From Gemmatimonadales bacterium (GTDB lineage: Bacteria > Gemmatimonadota > Gemmatimonadetes > Gemmatimonadales > GWC2-71-9), in NCBI GenBank assembly GCA_037189525.1, contig JBBCJC010000005.1, positions 352,001-416,000 of the forward strand: DNA of 64,000 nt, written 5' to 3'. Shown here piece after piece: positions 60,234 through 64,000 of the stretch (position 1 is its first letter; every line of letters starts with the position of its first letter). The position numbers were made by a program, and so were the translations under genes. Below the pieces are notes generated by a model, which ran no database searches, was not told the origin of the DNA, and saw only the letters and a list, made by a program, of their open reading frames with translations.

Positions 60234-61227
60234 GGTCGGGTTTGCGCACCAACTCACCGGCGACTGGATCGTAACGCCACTCCGGTTCCGGTCCCATCAG
60301 AAACACTCCGCCCTGCCAGCGCGCGGCGCCGTGAACCTCGAACCAATCGCGCTGCCCGGCAAGCACCGACTTTCCCATCGGGGTGAGCCTGAGCGGCACT
60401 TGTGAGAACTGCTCGTCCCGCAGTTTGATGAGGGGCGGCGCGTGGTACAGCGTCGTTTCCAGCAGCGGCCGCTGACCGTCGGTCAGGCTGCGGAGCGTGG
60501 CATAGAACATCGAGTCGCCCTGGTAGGGAGATGCTTCGCGCTCCTGCACCAGGGGAAATGCTTTGCGGGGCGTTTCGGCGCCGCCCGCAATGGCCTCGAG
60601 ACCCCACTGTTCCGTCCGGCCCAAGCCGGTCTTCGGCTGCGGAAACTCCGCGAGATACCGGGCAATCGCGGCCCGGAGGTAGGGCAATCCCGAGTGATCC
60701 TGGTGGGCCAGCTTGCCGAGCGCCCGCGGATCAGGCGCCGTCATGGCTTTCCAGACTCGCCGGGCGGCCTGGACCTGGTCCATGGTCACCCGCGATCGCT
60801 GCGGATAAAGCGCTGCCAGATCTGCCGGGTCCAACTGGCCGAGACCGATGAACCGTTCCACCCCGGGGTAGCGATCGATCATCACCAGGCTCACCCGCCC
60901 TTCCTCCACCAGCGGAGCGAGCCGGGTCAGCAGGAACGTCAGGATGAACTGATCGAACAGATCGTGCTCGAACCAGAGCACCACCTCCCGATAGGCATCG
61001 GCCTCGGACACCCGCGCGTCCTGATAGCCCAGGTTCCGGAGCGACTGACCATAGGACAGGTGATACCGCATCGACAGGTGAATGGCGCGGTCACGCCAGC
61101 GCTCCCGATCGGAGGCCCAGGGGCGAAGCGGTCCCTCGCAGAGCGGATCGGCCCATTCGAACCGGTCGCCCTCGATGCCGGCGGCGGCCAATTTGTCGAA
61201 AATATCGCTCCCGGGGCGCAGGTGCAT
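60226..61227 (-). CDS. DUF1835-like protein
   Basis: WADPLCEGP, EVVLWFEHDLFDQ, FIGLGQL, GLGRTE, RWQGGV; start may extend to 61260. Confidence 0.75.
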   Translation of the reverse strand: MHLRPGSDIFDKLAAAGIEGDRFEWADPLCEGPLRPWASDRERWRDRAIHLSMRYHLSYGQSLRNLGYQDARVSEADAYREVVLWFEHDLFDQFILTFLLTRLAPLVEEGRVSLVMIDRYPGVERFIGLGQLDPADLAALYPQRSRVTMDQVQAARRVWKAMTAPDPRALGKLAHQDHSGLPYLRAAIARYLAEFPQPKTGLGRTEQWGLEAIAGGAETPRKAFPLVQEREASPYQGDSMFYATLRSLTDGQRPLLETTLYHAPPLIKLRDEQFSQVPLRLTPMGKSVLAGQRDWFEVHGAARWQGGVFLMGPEPEWRYDPVAGELVRKPDPS

Positions 61228-61303
61228 CGGGAGCTCGGCACGGGGGTCGCCGAAGACCAATTCCGACGACAGCGGCCGCGGTCTCCGTGTATATTGGCGG
61301 GCT

Positions 61304-61903
61304 ATGTCCATGCGGGTCGCCGTCTGCGTGTCTGGTCGCGGGAGCAATCTCGCAGCATTGATCGCCGCCCTGCCCGAAGGAAGCCCGGCCACGGTGGCCC
61401 TGGTGATGAGCAATCGGGCAACGGCCGGTGGACTCGAGTTGGCCCGCCAGGCCGGGATTCCGGTCGCGGTCCTCGAAGATAGCACCGACCCCAGTGCCTG
61501 GCGCGCGCTGCTCGATCGCGAGCAGATCGACTTCATCGTCCTGGCCGGGTACTTGAAGCCGGTGCCGTCGGACATCGTGGCGCAGTACGAAGGTCGGATC
61601 GTCAACATTCATCCGGCCCTTCTGCCCGATCACGGCGGCCCCGGGATGTACGGGATCCACGTCCATCGCGCCGTGCTGGCCCGCGGAGACCGCGAGTCGG
61701 GCGCGACGGTGCATGCGGTGACCGAACGATATGATGAAGGACCGATCCTGGCGCAGGTCAGAGTGCCGGTCCTGGCGGACGATACTCCCGAAAGCTTGGC
61801 AGCCCGGGTGCTCACCGTCGAGCATCGCCTGCTGCCGGCTGCCGTCCTCCACGCGGCCCGGACCGGCCGCGCCACGCCTTTACCCGAGACTCTCGAGCTA
61901 TGA
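61304..61903 (+). CDS. purN: Phosphoribosylglycinamide formyltransferase
   Basis: SGRGSNL, LAGYLK, NIHPALLP, SGATVH, YDEGPI. Confidence 0.97.
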   Translation: MSMRVAVCVSGRGSNLAALIAALPEGSPATVALVMSNRATAGGLELARQAGIPVAVLEDSTDPSAWRALLDREQIDFIVLAGYLKPVPSDIVAQYEGRIVNIHPALLPDHGGPGMYGIHVHRAVLARGDRESGATVHAVTERYDEGPILAQVRVPVLADDTPESLAARVLTVEHRLLPAAVLHAARTGRATPLPETLEL

Positions 61904-63426
61904 AGCGGGCTCTCCTTTCCGTCAGCGACAAACGAGGCATCGTCGAACTGAGCCGCGGTCTGATCCGTCTCGGCTTCGAGCTGATCTCGACCGGCGGAAC
62001 GGCCGCGACGCTCAAGAAGGCCGGCCTGCCGGTCACCTCCGTGGATGCCGTGACCGGTTTCCCGGAAATCCTCGACGGACGGGTCAAGACATTGCACCCG
62101 AAGATCCATGCCGGCCTGCTGGCGCAGCAGGACAACGAGCAGCATCGGACGGCCCTCACGGCTCACGGCATCGCGCCCTTTGCCCTGGTGGCCGTCAATC
62201 TCTATCCGTTCCAGGCCACCATCGCGCAATCCGATGTGACGTTCGAGAACGCGGTCGAGAACATCGACGTCGGTGGCCCCTCGATGCTCCGCGCGGCCGC
62301 CAAGAATCATCAGTACGTGCTACCCGTCGTCGACCCGACCGACTACCCGCGGGTCCTCGAACTGCTCGAGCAGGACGGGCTCACCCCCGCGATTCGCCGC
62401 GCCTTTGCCGCCAAGGTCTTTTCGCACACGGCCGACTACGACAACGCGATCGCCGGCTATCTGACCGAGGCCGAGGAAGGGTTGCCTCCGCGTCTCAATC
62501 TGTCGGTCGAGCAGCTGCTCCCGCTTCGCTACGGAGAAAATCCCGAGCAGCGAGCGGCGCTCTACGCCTCGGAGGAGCCGCGCGGGATTCGGGATCTCAA
62601 GCAGCGTCAGGGCAAAGAACTCTCGTTCAATAATCTGCTCGATATCGACAGCGCCACGGCGGCGGTCGCTGCGTGGAAGAACCGGCCGGCCTGCTGCATC
62701 GTGAAGCACACCACGCCGTGCGGCATTGCCGTCGGCCGGACCGCGCTGGACGCTCTCAATAAGGCTCGGGCGACCGATCCGCTGTCGGCGTTCGGCGGCG
62801 TGATTGCCTGTAACACGGTGATCGATCGGACCATTGCCGAATCGCTCCGCGACCTCTTCTTCGAAGTGATCGTGGCTCCGTCGGTGCACGACGACGCTCT
62901 CGAGATCTTTGCCGAGAAGAAGAATTTGCGCGTGGTCGAACTGCCGATCAGCGACGCGCCCGGTCTCGACTGGAAGCGAGTCCGGGGCGGTTTCCTGGTG
63001 CAGGATCGCTTCCGGTTCAATGCCTCCGAACAGGAATGGACCGTACCGACCGGCCGGAAGCCGACGGTCGACGAGATGAATGACCTCCGCTTTGCCTGGA
63101 CGGCCATCGCGACGGTCAAGTCGAACGCGATCCTGATTGCCAAGAACGAGCAGGCCATCGGCATCGGCGCGGGCCAGATGAGCCGGGTCGACGCCGTCTT
63201 CCTTGCTGCGCACAAAACCCGGCAGCAGTCGCACGACCCGGCCGGCTCCGTGCTGGCCTCCGACGGATTCTTTCCCTTCCCCGATGGCGTCGAAGAAGCC
63301 GCCAAAGCGGGGATCACGGCCATCATTCAACCCGGCGGATCGGTTCGAGACGCCGAAGTCATCGCGGCCGCCAATCGGCTCGGCATCGCCATGGTATTCA
63401 CCGGCAAACGGATGTTCCGGCATTGA
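61900..63426 (+). CDS. purH: Bifunctional AICAR transformylase/IMP cyclohydrolase
   Basis: RALLSVSDK, GRVKTLHP, IDVGGPSM, LRYGENP, IIQPGGS, RMFRH. Confidence 0.99.
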   Translation: MKRALLSVSDKRGIVELSRGLIRLGFELISTGGTAATLKKAGLPVTSVDAVTGFPEILDGRVKTLHPKIHAGLLAQQDNEQHRTALTAHGIAPFALVAVNLYPFQATIAQSDVTFENAVENIDVGGPSMLRAAAKNHQYVLPVVDPTDYPRVLELLEQDGLTPAIRRAFAAKVFSHTADYDNAIAGYLTEAEEGLPPRLNLSVEQLLPLRYGENPEQRAALYASEEPRGIRDLKQRQGKELSFNNLLDIDSATAAVAAWKNRPACCIVKHTTPCGIAVGRTALDALNKARATDPLSAFGGVIACNTVIDRTIAESLRDLFFEVIVAPSVHDDALEIFAEKKNLRVVELPISDAPGLDWKRVRGGFLVQDRFRFNASEQEWTVPTGRKPTVDEMNDLRFAWTAIATVKSNAILIAKNEQAIGIGAGQMSRVDAVFLAAHKTRQQSHDPAGSVLASDGFFPFPDGVEEAAKAGITAIIQPGGSVRDAEVIAAANRLGIAMVFTGKRMFRH

Positions 63427-63428
63427 CC

Positions 63429-64000
63429 ATGACTCAAGAGCGACCACCCTATCTCTGGGCTCTCGGCACCGCCATCGCGGTGCTCGTCATCTATCTCTTC
63501 ACGCTGGCGCCGACGACCGCCTTCTGGGATGCGTCGGAGTACATCGCCGCGGCCAAGGTCCTCGGGATCCCGCATCCGCCGGGCAACCCGCTCTTCGTGC
63601 TGCTGGCCCACGTCTTCGGCTTGTTTCCCTTCGTCGAAACGTACGCCGAACGGATCAACCTCTTTGCCGCGGTGACGAGTGCCGGCGCGGCAGGGTTCTG
63701 GTTCCTGGTATCGGAACGCTGGCTGCGCAACATCGTGCCCGCACGGTTGCCGCGACTGGTGGCCTCCGTGGCCGGCGTGCTGGTCGGCGCCACCATGTGG
63801 ACGGTCTGGAATCAGTCGACCGTGAACGAGAAGGTCTACACCGTCTCGCTCTTCTTCATGGCGCTGGTGACCTGGCTGGCCGTGCACTGGGGCGACGACG
63901 AGCCCGGCTCGCACCGCGACCGCTGGCTCATCGTGATTGCCTATCTGCTGGCGCTCACGTCGACCAATCACATGATGGGCGTGCTGGCGGCGCCGGCCGT
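63429..64000 (+). CDS. DUF2723 (TMEM260-like) multi-TM glycosyltransferase candidate, truncated by window end
   Basis: Manual translation: TLAPTTAFWDASEYIAAAKVLGIPHPPGNPLFVLL, WNQSTVNEKVY, TNH. Confidence 0.88.
   Translation, partial: MTQERPPYLWALGTAIAVLVIYLFTLAPTTAFWDASEYIAAAKVLGIPHPPGNPLFVLLAHVFGLFPFVETYAERINLFAAVTSAGAAGFWFLVSERWLRNIVPARLPRLVASVAGVLVGATMWTVWNQSTVNEKVYTVSLFFMALVTWLAVHWGDDEPGSHRDRWLIVIAYLLALTSTNHMMGVLAAPA

Overview
A GC-rich bacterial chromosomal window, most likely Gemmatimonadota. This is inferred from gene content: a SusC/SusD pair, PadR with an ADOP permease, BTAD-TPR and Ser/Thr kinase-TPR proteins, Uma2, Minf_1886 and DUF2723. The left half (1-33 kb) is accessory and envelope-rich. 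It holds an overlapping, frameshifted nucleotidyltransferase pair, an amidohydrolase, Uma2 and two related outer-membrane proteins. It also holds a copper locus (multicopper oxidase, a His/Cys-rich uORF ending in a RAPP-like motif, SusC, SusD, a second multicopper oxidase), a class A beta-lactamase-like protein lacking Glu166, a CEMIP/TMEM2-like G8 lipoprotein, a BTAD regulator and an Ntn-hydrolase acylase. tRNA-Met is followed by mostly housekeeping genes (rbsK, ctaA, eno, thiL, nnr, glyA, rpiB, thiolase, thrS, valS, gmhB, purN, purH). I found no CRISPR array, integrase or transposase. The best candidates for something new are (1) a probable arrest-peptide-controlled SusC/SusD plus multicopper oxidase copper operon, and (2) a strong enrichment of D-S/T-hydrophobic sequons in exported protein regions, suggesting Bacteroidota-like protein O-glycosylation, with a DUF2723 glycosyltransferase candidate in the window. 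All family calls are by motif recognition; no database search was run.
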